Source: Takakia lepidozioides
Lineage: Eukaryota > Plantae > Bryophyta
Direction of reading: 5' to 3'
DNA: 64,000 nt
Assembly: GCA_030704615.1 (NCBI GenBank)
Contig: CM060733.1
Coordinates: 61,876,001-61,940,000 of the forward strand
Shown here: positions 43,959 through 55,703 of the stretch, piece after piece
Numbering within the stretch: the stretch's first letter is position 1
Layout of the letters: the number at the start of each line of letters is the position of its first letter
Translations under genes and position numbers: made by a program
The notes under the pieces: generated by a model
The model's input: only the letters and a program-made list of their open reading frames with translations
Told to the model about the DNA's origin: nothing
Database searches by the model: none

Positions 43959-46221
43959 GGTCTCATTAATGAAGTGACTTCCCTGATCACTGATAAATTC
44001 CAAGGGACAGCCAAATCATGTAAGTATATTCTCATACAGGAACCTTGCTGTGACTTGGCTGTGTTGTCCCTCAAAGCTTTAGCTTCCAGCCACTTCGTAG
44101 TATAATCAGTGGCTGTAATTATGTACTTGTTCTGTGTATTCTTGGCCGGTGGGTTAATTGGTCCAACAAAGTCTAGTCCCCATTTCTAAAATGGTTCAGT
44201 AGGCATCGTAGGATGCAAAGCCATTTTCCCAAATCTCTGCAAAGGTCCTAGCCTCTGACATTCATCACAACTCTGACAATACTTGTGTACATCTTTGAAC
44301 AAAGTAGGCCACCAGTAACCTGCAAGTAGTATCTTCCTACTGGTAGTCTCTTCTCCAAAATGACCTCCAGCCACTCCTTTATGAACTTCCTCCAAAACTT
44401 TATTTACTTCATGGTGGTACAAGCATCGTTTAAGTACTCCATCAGGTCCTAGCTTATACATTCTGCCTCCTACCATAGTATAAGGTAAAGCCTTGATAGC
44501 GATTCTCTTCCTCTGCTCCTTACCATAACTAGGTGGGCACTGACCATGAGTAAGGTAGTATCTGATTGGCCACTGCCAATCTACCCATTCATCTGTACTT
44601 CCTTGCACCTCCATTACAAATAAACTCGCATAAGGTAATTGATCGTCTACTCCTGTGGCGGCCTCTCCTGTTGTTAGTCGTGACAAATGATCTGCCACAA
44701 GATGCAAACGGCCAGGCTTGTAAACAACTTCGAACTCAAACTCGTGCAAGATTATTAACCACCTCGCTATCCTTCCACTTATCAAAGGTTTGTTCACCAG
44801 ATATATCAGAGCCTGGTGATCCACATAAAACATAAACTTTCTTCCCAATAGGGAATGTCTGAATTTCTTGACTGCCTAAATCATTGCCAGTGCTTCTCTT
44901 TCAGTTGTGCTATAGTTCTTTTCAGCACTGTTCATCAACCTGCTAGCATAGTACACAAGTGAATCTATATTTCCTGTAACATTCTGGGCTAACACCGCTC
45001 CCAACGCTTCTCCTGAGGCATCACAGTGAACATGAAATACTACATGCCAGTGAGGGTTAATCAGCACAGGTGTAGTTGTTACTGACAGTGTAAGGTCCTC
45101 AAAAGCCTGTTGACATTCAGCTGTCCATGCAAACACTGCATTTCTCTTCAGAAGCTTGCTCAATGGTGCTGCTATCTGTGCATACCTTTTGACAAATCTT
45201 CTGTAATAACTGGTTTGCCCAAGGAATCTCCTTAGACTCTTAACATTTACTGGTGGTGGAGAGGCTTTAATGGCCTCTGTCTTCCTGGGATCCACAAGAA
45301 GTCCCCTCTTACACACAATGTGTCCCAGAAGCACCCCTGAGTTCACACAGAAAGTACACTTCTCTAGATTCAGGCCCAGACCTCTCATCCTGCATCTGGC
45401 CAAACATAACTCCAATTTATACAAGTGCTCATTCTTAGAGCTGTACACACTGAAATCATCCAAGAACACCTGCATGAAATCATCCAGATACTCATGAAAA
45501 GATTCACTTATCACTCTCTGAAAGGTTGCTGGTGCATTACAAAGTCCAAAGGGCATGACTTTGTATGCATAAGCACCCCAGTCTGTGATGAAAGTTGTCT
45601 TTCCCTGGTCTTCTTCTGCCACTTGCACTTGATTATAACCACTGAAGCCATCCATGAATGAGTACATCTCATGGCCTGCCACAGTGTCCAATACCGCTTC
45701 TGTGAATGGTAAAGGAAAAAGATCTTTCTTCGTGCAAGCATTCAACTTCTTATAGTTCACACAAACTCTCAGTTTACCATTTTTCTTGGGAACTATCACA
45801 ATGGGTAACAACCAAGCTGTATACTCTATCGGGTATATAAACTTAGCCTCAGCCAACTTCTTGATTTGTTCTCCAACCTTCTGTGCATAGTTGGGATTCA
45901 TTCTGTACCTTGCGTGCTTGATTGGTACTGACCCTGGTTCCAGTTCAATCTTATGCTGACAGATCTCAGGTGGTATCCCTTTTAGATCCTCGTAGCTCCA
46001 AGCAAATACATCACTGTATTTGATGAACAAACTCTTAGCTTCCTCAAAGAATTCTGGCTCCAAATCAGCTCCTACCTTCACCATCCTCGGTTCCTCTTCA
46101 GTTCCCACATTTACTTCTCTCACCTGCTCATCAGCTGTGATTGTCCAACCAGTCACCACTTCATCCTGTAAACTCACAGTGGCTGGTTCCTCTAGGATTT
46201 CCATTTCTCCTTCTCTTTCTT
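43959..46221 (-). pseudogene. pol: R1c pol (RT, RNase H, integrase N-part)
   Basis: ORFs 44876-46204 and 44186-44848. SFMDGFSGYNQ, FLDD, HCDASG; stops at 44876 and 44186. Confidence 0.92.
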
Positions 46222-46431
46222 GGGGGCTTCTATTTCATGAGCGGCATGGGCATGAGCGGAAAAAAAAAAAACATGAGCGGGCCGAATTGTGTCCACAAAA
46301 ATAGGGTTAGGAGGCACGGAAATAGGGTCATGTGGACTCGTCATAGCAATGAAATGCAACATTTTATTGCAAATTTGGTGGCAAGCCACGTCTATACAAG
46401 TGTGTCCTAACTGTCATGGCAGGAATGGGAA

Positions 46432-47141
46432 CTACTCTCCTACACCTTCCGAAGAACTTGGCCCTCCTTCTTCCTCATCCCCCCCATCCTCCGAGCTCTG
46501 TGATGCATCGGTTGTAGTATGCCTCTCAAAAATGCCGTCCTCTCCTTGGGGGACTGTCCACCTCACCTCCTGGGAATCTTCTGCCTCTTCTCCCCCACTT
46601 ATCTCAGCAGAATCCAACACAAATCTACGAGCCCGACGGGCTCTAATAGCTGCTGTTGCCTCCTCCCTCATCTTCATTTTCTTGAGGCTTGCCTCGTCTA
46701 AAATCTGCTGTACACGACTAGGTTCGGAACACCTCATAATGGACACCGAAGCAAGCCGGGCAGCATAAGTAGGAAGGATGTAGTCCCTTTCTGGACTAGG
46801 CATGAAATCCCCCCGGCAAAAAAAAAGCACGTTCCTCCTGCCCATGAACTCTGGTGTAGACGTCCCTCCTGCCGTATTTGGCATCCTATAGTAAGAACAA
46901 ATCCACTTCAAGAATGTCAATACCAGCAGAAGCAAAAAAGGGTTTTCAATGAAATAAGAGAGTGAAGGGAGGTGCCTCACGAAATCTGGAGGCAACTTAC
47001 AATGCGACCACTCACTCGTACACCGGGGGCTCCTCGGCCTCGATCCCAACTTGTTCCTCCCCCTGCTCCTTCTCGGATTTTTCCTCATCCTCCGAGGATG
47101 CCTCTTCCTCTTTCGGCAGACATTCAGCCACTGCAAGTTCC
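46432..47141 (-). pseudogene. 3' end of the MTase-like gene: end of penultimate exon (47016-47141) and last exon (46432-46885)
   Basis: Removing R1a gives HNSE-LAVAECLPKEEEASSEDEEKSE...PPVYE. Donor GA|GTGAGT (47015) and acceptor TATAG|G (46886) join it in frame to MPNTAGG...GVGE*. Confidence 0.7.
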
Positions 47142-48353
47142 TATCGCGTGGCTTTTACTCACCTATCCCTTCGCTATCCGAGGCGGAAACTCCAAGATAG
47201 AAGAGTTGGAAATCTCTAAGTACTCAGCCCGCGCAGAACAATCAGTCATGACCTACAGCTAGTGTATCATGGGGGTGTTTCATTTTTGTTTCCCTTTCCG
47301 CATTCATGTTAGCTACCTTACCATTACTAATTAAGTATCAATTTGCTTCATCAATCTATTGGATTCCATCAACTCATCCATTCATTCCACAGCTTCACTC
47401 AGATCTCTCTACACAGTGTGGATTGTATCGTATAAGTATCAGATTATGATTTATCAGGTATCAGGCCGAAGCCATTGTGTCTCTAATCTGCTCTACAATA
47501 TCACTACAGCTTTGCATATAACAAGCATCTACTAATCATCTTTCCTCCTTCACCGTGCTCTCCATCTTTACTCTCCGTGCGATCCCCTCTCCTCCATGAC
47601 CAAGAAGTCCTCTTCCCTGAAGTGCTTCCAAGAATATATATCCGTCCCATTCTCAGTCCTTGCTTCTCCCTTTATCTTCCTACCCGTGGCTCTAACCGTT
47701 TCCCTCACTAACCGTCGTCCGTGAACTAACATGTTCCATTTGCAGGTGTTGTTCCCCACAGTCGTTCCCTGTCCTGCTCTCCGTTCCCTCTGGTCGTGAC
47801 AGCTGTGTCAAGCTGTGACTGGCTGTGTGAAACTGTGACGGGCTGTGACTGGCTGTGCGACTGTGTTTGGCTGTGTCGGGCTGTGACCGGCTGTGTGGCG
47901 GTTTACTATTTCATGAGCAGAAACCATGAGCCATGAGCCCCCTAAACCCTATTCCCGCGGACACTCATTTCCGGGAAATAGTGCTGCTCATGTTTTTTTC
48001 CACACTTACGACTCTGCTCATGGCTCATGCCGCTCATGGTTCATGGCTCCTGAAATAGCAGCCCCCGCTGTGTGGCTGTGTCGGTTGTGACGGGCTGTGT
48101 TGGCTGTGACTGGCTGTGTGGCTGTACCGGCTATGACGGGTTGTATCGGCTGTGATGGCTGTGTCGGGCTGTGACAAGCTGTGCTAACTGTGTCTGGCTG
48201 TGTCGGCTGTGACGGCTGTGACGGACTGTGTAACCCCCCTCTACAGTGCGCTGCTGTCACCCCTAAGGCTCCTGTTGGTCTCAGTCTGTGCAAAAATTAA
48301 GGGTACCCTACAGATCCCGTATAAGTGTCTAAGTCCCAGACAGTCCTCTAACA
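47142..48353 (-). repeat. R1a 3' LTR (contains the MITE)
   Basis: Direct repeat of 59313-60345. PPT GAGAGGGATAA at 48354-48364. Confidence 0.93.
47898..48066 (-). mobile_element. 169-bp MITE of the same DNA-transposon family
   Basis: Ends GCGGTTTACTATTTCATGAGC and (reverse complement) GGGGGCTGCTATTTCAGGAGC. Internal CATGAGC repeats, flanked by GCTGTGTG on both sides, absent from the other LTR. Confidence 0.88.
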
Positions 48354-48385
48354 TTATCCCTCTCAAAAACCCGTGTCCTCACGGT

Positions 48386-51300
48386 TTACTGATTGCGATT
48401 AGCAAACCTTTGTGAGTGAGCACCTTTCTTACGTTGAGAGTTTCGTGGCGGATTGTGTGTACGAGCCCGAGGTCTGTCACTGGTTGACGGAGATGTTTGA
48501 ACACTACCAGGATAAGTGAGGCCCTCTGGAGGCTGATATCGAGGTAACCTTTCTGGCATAGGAGACCCCCGTCGCTTCTTCTCTGCCATCTGAATTGCAT
48601 AGTCTTCTCCCATGTCAAAAGAATCCGCTGAAGAAACAGTTGTATCAGAATCCTCATCGCCTCTCAGGTGTTTTAATTGTCGAACTTTTTGTGGAATTCT
48701 CTGGGGCATACAATGTTGTCCTACCATGTCTGGAAGTTTATATTTTACAACTTGCTGTAAACGCTGAACAGCAAAATTGGTGAAGACACTGAGCTCCTTG
48801 TCAGTCCAGGTGAGTGGGGTACCAATTACTTGTGCACCGTGCAAGTATTTCCATGCCACATGTCCCTTATAGAAAATATCATCAATGCCGAATTTCTGTG
48901 TTGACAAATTGTTCCAGGCCGCTTGAAACCATGAACGAATTTGAGAATCCTTTTGCATCATAACTTTTGCCTCATATAGGTACATATGAGGTGGCACAGA
49001 AGGTAAGATCCAATGATCCCCACTGGAATAACTCAGAAAGCGCGCTTGCATCTTGTGCTGCTCAATGTGATAACGTACCAGAAAACAAGCAGCGTAGTAT
49101 AACCCGCATCCCATGACAATACTTGCTACCTCCTTGGTCTTGGTATAAATGAATCCATGTACAACTTGGAAGGCAATTAATTCCTTCAACATTGTACTTG
49201 TCTCATGCCAGTATTGTGCAAAGTGATGATCCTCAATATGTCGATTGTTCGGAAGAACTTTAGTCCTAGTTGCCACTGGCAGCCAAATACGCATGATTTG
49301 TAGTAATGTGCGAATGACTGCGGAGGACTAAATTCTTTCCAAGCTAAATCCAACATGATGGGAATTTGGTTGAAGGGCATAATCATAGCCCTACTGTACT
49401 CCCTTGCAGCTGGAGTCTTAGGTGGGTTAAAAGCCGCATTGCCCCATACCTCAGGCTGTGGTGGCTGTGGTGTGGTTGTAGTAACAACAGGTTCAGCTAT
49501 TGGTACAGTGACTTGTTGTGGTGTTGGTGGTACTGGCTCTTGTATCATTGGCATCTCCTGCATCTCCTGTGAAGACTGAAAAGCCAAAGTTTTGGCTTGT
49601 AAATAAGAAGCCATTAGCTGTTCCTGAGGGATATAGACTCTTTTGTTGATATTTGAAGTGAGGTCCTCCACTTGAGTCTACAGTCCGTCTACATCCTCCT
49701 GTAACTCTGCTATCCTACTATAGACATTGTCTATAGTAGTTGTGGCAATGTTCTGCACTTGCAGTCTGAGCTCATTCATCTCGCTTTGGGTGAGCTTTTG
49801 TGGTGCTTTTCCCTCCACTGGCCCTTGTGCTAACCAGACCTGCATAAGGCTGTTATCCACCAAGTTGCTTGTGGTTCCTCTGAGAGTGTGCTCCTCTCTG
49901 AGTTTGTACACTTCTAACTGCTGTTGTAAAGCCTCCATGCGCTTCGCATGAGGTTCAACCGAATTCGCATAGGCAGCAAGTAGATTATTAGCTTCCTTCC
50001 AAGCCTTGTTAGTGACCGAGATTTCATTTCTATTGGCCACGAGCGTTTGTTGCAACTCCAGGATGTACTTCTCTTTATCAGCTTCAATCTGCTTGTATTG
50101 CTTGAAAGTATCCTCATTGCGACAGATTGTATTCTTCATATCGACAATGAGGTTCATTTGCTCAACATTCTCTGCTTCTGCCTTTGTACATTTTTCCTGA
50201 GTTCCTCTCTCAAGGCTGTCAATTGGGTAGTTGGAACATGGGATTTGACATAAATCCCCAACAAATTGAGTGTCCTGCCTATGGAACTCATCAACATTGC
50301 CTGTTGAGGGTCATCTTGGTGAGGTTGCTGCTATTCCTCCTGATCCTCAACCGTGTGATGTCTCACGAACCACTCAGGCCATTGTCCTACCGGATTTTCT
50401 TCCTGAACCACTTCATCCATCACCGGTGCTGCAGTGTCTTGACATTCTACCTGTGGTACCTCCGACACAGGTGTGTGTATTATATGCACCTGAGGATTTC
50501 CCTTGGGCAATTGTTGCACCTCTGGAATCTCTGTCTCCTTGACCAGACCAGAATATTCATAGAGAAGGTCCCCTTTTTCAATTTCTGCCGCTATCTGTTC
50601 TGTAGTTGGAATATCTAACCCTTCTTTTTCCAAATCAATTATTTCTGGTTGAGCTGCATGGACAACTTGTAACCTTGTGACAAACCGATCAGCTAGCTGT
50701 GATGGCTGTGATACTGAAGTAACTTCCTCTTCCCTCTCTGAAGGTCCTGCTTCCAGTAATAGCAGTTCTCTGTGCTGCTGTGCCCCTTCCTGCACATGAG
50801 CTTGGGAAACATTATCATGCGGAATCCGTGAAGCCAGTGGATCCGCCACTACAGTCTTTCCCCGTCTCTGCCTCTTAGTCTCGGGTTGCCCTGCTAGTCC
50901 ACCCTCACTGTGTGAAGAGCCTTGCTCTTCCATTGCAGTGGTTTCTGGCTCAAACACTCCCATCTCCTTTCTTTCTTGCGCATCAAGTATGCCAGAATCA
51001 AGAATTATTTGAGCAATGATTGGGCCAGACACTATGATAGGAGACTTTGCGGTAGTACCTTGTAATCTTTTCATCTCCTCCACCAGTGCGTTGTACATTA
51101 TGTCTGCCCATTCTACCTCTTGTCCTTTCAGGGCTTTGAGTATTTCCTCCGTGAAGGATCTGCTCAAATACTGTTGGTTCTGTTTCATGGCAATCAGAAC
51201 GTTCAATACCTGGCCTACCTCCTTTAGCCCTGGGTACACGGCCTTGGTACAAGCATAACCCTGAGTTTTAAAGAAACTCCCTTCTTGGAATAAGTCCCCT

Positions 51301-51610
51301 ATTTGCAGTCTTGCCCTGTGCTCCTCCACATGCACCTGACCTGCTGGCAATCGAAACAATTGCTGGAGGTATAGGGGAGTAATAACTAATTCAACTCCCT
51401 TCACCGTTGTTGTTCCTGTCCTTGGCTCAAAGTTCTGCAAGAATTGTAACATGTACTGTCTATGGTGCAATGTCCAATCTATGCTTTGCAATCCTTGCAA
51501 TCTCAGCTCCTTCAGTATCTGTATCGCCTGTGGGGTAGCAATCGTTTGTTTCTGCAGAATTGTGGTGCTCTTCACCCTGATTTCCTCCATTCCTCTCACT
51601 CTCTTCATTT
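48386..51610 (-). pseudogene. R1a extra 3' ORF (broken; part of the coiled-coil region deleted near 50195)
   Basis: C-terminal half of ORF 50331-52787 plus ORFs 49678-50157, 49186-49671 and 48386-49294; homologous to R1c 32221-35784. Confidence 0.75.
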
Positions 51611-52805
51611 TAGACCCACAGAAATGTTTTGGCTGTAACAACTGCAGAAATGCCTGTAGTGCACAAAGCATAAACCTATGGTTGCCACAAAAAGCTATGG
51701 GTAATTTCTTGTAAGCCTGTGGAGCTTGCAAGCATCGATCAAGAGAAAAGCTCCGCTCTGTTCTTTTGTGTCTATGCCACTGCGTAAGTAATATTGCGAG
51801 CGTATAGTCTGTTAGTTCCTCCATAGTTTCCAAGCTATAGCATTGATGGTCTGTCCCGTCGAGACGCCCGTTACTCGGAACGACGCCGCCTCTTGCGCTT
51901 AATTTCCCTCCAATTTCTTGATCATTTCTCTGGCTTTCTATTGGCTGTAACCGCTGTGACTGGATTTTAGATTTCATTTTCTTTAGTGGACTTTCCCTGC
52001 TGGATAGTCCACTAGGATCACACATGTGACAAGAATTTCGCTTTTCTGTACTTGCCGTTTGTTCCGTTCCCCTTTTTCCGTATTCATTAATGGGCCCGCC
52101 TTTCATCCAATTTGACGTGCTGATTAGGTATTTTGACGGCCATTCTTGTCCTCTTTCTTGATGACACCTGTTCTTGCATTTCCTTCTCAGCTGTGTGTCG
52201 CGCCCTGACTTCCACGTGTCTATTTTTAAACTGGTTTCCGTCTTTTCTTTTGTCAGCCATTTTCCTGAAGTTATTGTGCGTCCACCTGTCATTGATTCTA
52301 TGGATCGTGTAACCCTAGTAGGCTGTGTTGAGCTGTGACAGGCTGTGTCATATTGTGGTACGCTGTGATAGGCTGTGATGCACTGTGGTAAGCTGTGATA
52401 GGCTGTGACACGCGGTGGTAGGTTGTGATAGGCTGTGTTGCGCCGTGCTGGGTTGTGATAGGCTGTGTCACGTTGTGATGGGCTGTGATAGGCTGTGTTG
52501 CGTCGTGCTGGGCTGTGATAGGCTGTGTCACGTTGTGATGGGCTGTGATAGGCTGTGTTTCGCCTTTTCCGCCCGCCCTGGTCATATATGCTAGGCCTAG
52601 CGACAAGTGCTCCATACTCCGTTGGTAACACTGGTGCAGCCCGTGACTGCTCTTGCGTTTCAACATGCAAATCATGCTGCAAGGGTTTGTCATGGATACC
52701 ACTGTATCCTTTTAACTTATTGGCATTGACTCTTCCCAGTATTTCTTTGTTAATGGTTTGTAACATGGCGGTGTTGTTATCATACATCTTTTGTATGACA
52801 TAAGG

Positions 52806-55685
52806 TCATTTCCATGGTGATTTAAGCTTAGAAGCTTTAATCTTTCCTTTCTTCTGCAACCATAGAACCAAATCCCCCGTCTTAAAAGTCTTTAACTTGC
52901 CTTCATCAAACTGTTCCTTTCTCTTCATCTGAATTCTGGTCATATTATCAGCTGCATCAGCACGTACTTCTTCCACATGGTATAATTCATGTTTCCTGAC
53001 CTTAATGGAATCTTGCAATTCCATTCTCTTTCCCCACTCCGTTCTCATGGTAGGTAACAGGAATTCCACTGGAAGTAAGGCTTCCATACCATAAACTAAT
53101 TGGAATGGTGTATACTTAGTGGTGACTTTATATGAAGTCCTGTATGACCACAAAGCTGTCAGCAGCTTTGTATCCCAATCCGTTCTGTTTGCATTAACTA
53201 TCTTAGCCAAGATAGTACATAGTAATTTGTTGGTAGCCTCTGCCTCCCCATTACCCTGTGGGTAATATGTTGTACTCTTTCTATGCACAATCATGAACTC
53301 TTTAGTCAACAAATCAATGGTCTCATTCATGAAGTGACTTCTCTGATCACTGATAAATTCTAAGGGACAGCCAAATCGTGTAAGTATGTTCTCATACAGG
53401 AACCTTGCTGTGGACTTGGCTGTGTTGTCCCTCAAAGCTTTAGCTTCCACCCACTTCGTAGTATAATCAGTGGCTGTAATTATGTACTTGTTCCGTGTAT
53501 TCTTGGCTGGTGGGTTAATTGGTCCAACAAAGTCTAGTCCCCATTTCTGAAATGGTTCCATAGGCATTGTAGGATGCAAGGCCATCCTTCCAGATCTCTG
53601 CAAAGGTCCTAGCCTCTGACATTCATCACAACTCTGACAATACTCGTGTACATCTTTGAACAAAGTAGGCCACCAGTAACCTGCAAGTAGTATCTTCCTA
53701 CTGGTAGTCTCTCCTCCAAAATGACCTCCAGCCACTCCTTTATGAACTTCCTCCAAAACTTTATTTACTTCATGGTGGTACAAGCATCGTTTTAATACTC
53801 CATCAGGTCCTAGCTTATACATTCTGCTTCCTACCATAGTATAAGGTAAAGCTTTGATAGCGATTCTCTTCCTCTGCTCCTTACCATAACTAGGTGGGCA
53901 CTGACCATGAGCAAGGTAGTATCTGATTGGCCACTGCCAATCTAACCAGTCATCTGCACTTCCCTGCACCTCCACTGCAAATAGACTCGCATCTGGTAAT
54001 TGATCATCTATTCCTGTGGCTGGTTCTCCTGTTGATAACCGTGACAAGTGATCCGCCACAAGATGCAGTCTCCCAGGCTTGTAAACAACCTCGAACTCAA
54101 ACTCATGCAAGATTATCAACCATCTTGCTATTCTTCCGCTTATCAGAGGTTTGTTTACCAGGTTTATCAGAGCCTGGTGATCCACATAGAACATAAACTT
54201 CTTGCCCAACAGGTAATGCCTGAATTTCTTCACTGCATAGATCATTGCCAATGCTTCTCTTTCTGTTGTGCTATATTTCCTTTCAGCACTGTTCATCAAC
54301 CTGCTAGCATAGTACACAGGTGAATCTATATTTCCTGTAACATTCTGGGCTAACACCGCTCCCAACGCTTCTCCTGATGCATCGCACTGAACATGAAATA
54401 CTACATGCCAGTGAGGGTTAATCAGCACAGGTGTAGTTGATACTGACAGTGTAAGTTCCTCAAACGCCTGTTGACATTCAGCTGTCCAGGCAAACACTGC
54501 ATCTTTCTTCAGAAGCTTGCTCAATGGTGCTGCTATTTGTGCATACCTTTTGACAAATCTTCTGTAATAACTGGTTTGCCCAAGGAATCTCCTTAGACTC
54601 TTAACATTCACTGGTGGTGGAGAGGCTTTAATGGCCTCTGTCTTCCTGGGATCCACAAGAAGTCCCTTCTTACACACAATGTGTCCCAGAAGCACCCCTG
54701 AGTTCACACAGAAAGTACACTTTTCTGGATTCAGGCCCAGACCTCTCATCCTGCATCTGGCCAGACATAACTCCAATTTATGTAAGTGCTCATTCTTAGA
54801 GCTGTACACACTGAAATCATCCAAGAATACCTGCATGAAATCATCCAGATACTCATGAAAAGATTCACTTATCACTCTCTGAAAGGTCGCTGGTGCATTA
54901 CAAAGTCCAAAGGGCATGACTTTGTATGCATAAGCACCCCAGTCTGTGATGAAAGCTGTTTTTCCTTGGTCTTCTTCTGCCACTTGCACTTGATTATAAC
55001 CACTGAAGCCATCCATGAATGAGTACATCTCATGGCCTGCCACAGTGTCTAATACTGCTTCTGTGAATGGCAAAGGGAAATGATCTTTCTTCGTACAAGC
55101 ATTCAGCTTCTTGTAGTTCACACAAACTCTTAGTTTACCATTCTTCTTGGGAACTATAACAATGGGTGACAACCAAGTTGTATACTCTATTGGGTATATA
55201 AACTTAGCCTCAGCCAACTTCTTAATCTCTTCTCCAATCTTCTGTGCATAGTTGGGATTCATTCTGTACCTCGCCTGCTTGATTGGTACTTACGCTGGTT
55301 CCAGTTATATCTTATGCTGACAGACTTCAGGTGGTATCCCTTTTAGATCCTTATAGCTCCAAGCAAATACATCTCTGTATTTGATGAACAAGCTTCTAGC
55401 TTCTTCAAAGAATTCCGGCTCCAAATCAGCTCCTACTTTCACCATCCTCGGTTCCTCTTTAGTTCCCACATTCACTTCCCTCACTTGCTCATCAGCTGTG
55501 ATTGTCCAACCAGTCACCACTTCATCCTGTAAGCTCACAGTGGCTGGTTCCTCTAGGATTTCCATTTCTCCTTCTCTTTCTTCATAGAAATGTGATGGGT
55601 AACTGCTGGTTTCACCTTCAATTGGTGTTGCTGTCACCACACCACAGCAGATACCTTTTAAACAACTTAGGCCTTCCAGCTGCAT
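52806..55685 (-). pseudogene. pol: R1a pol: RT, RNase H, integrase
   Basis: ORF 52806-55262 (818 aa) has all motifs. The upstream piece 55305-55685 and the GPY tail are separated by stops or frameshifts. Confidence 0.93.
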
Positions 55686-55703
55686 CTCTGCAACCTGCTC
55701 CCA

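Larger units (their letters stand above)
31234..46221 (-). mobile_element. R1c: Ty3/gypsy non-chromovirus copy (3' LTR, extra ORF, pol), interrupted by R3 and cut by DNA transposon B
   Basis: LTR begins TGTCGAGCGAC at 31234, inside R1b. Internal region is collinear with R1a 48354-55582. The 5' part is not in the window. Confidence 0.9.

Noticed and set aside
50331-52787. Single 818-aa protein (also 35590-36984)
   Set aside because: It joins the integrase tail, the VNTR and the extra ORF, and the middle is broken in R1b. More likely a partly non-coding spacer that happens to be open, though a pol-extra ORF fusion is not excluded.
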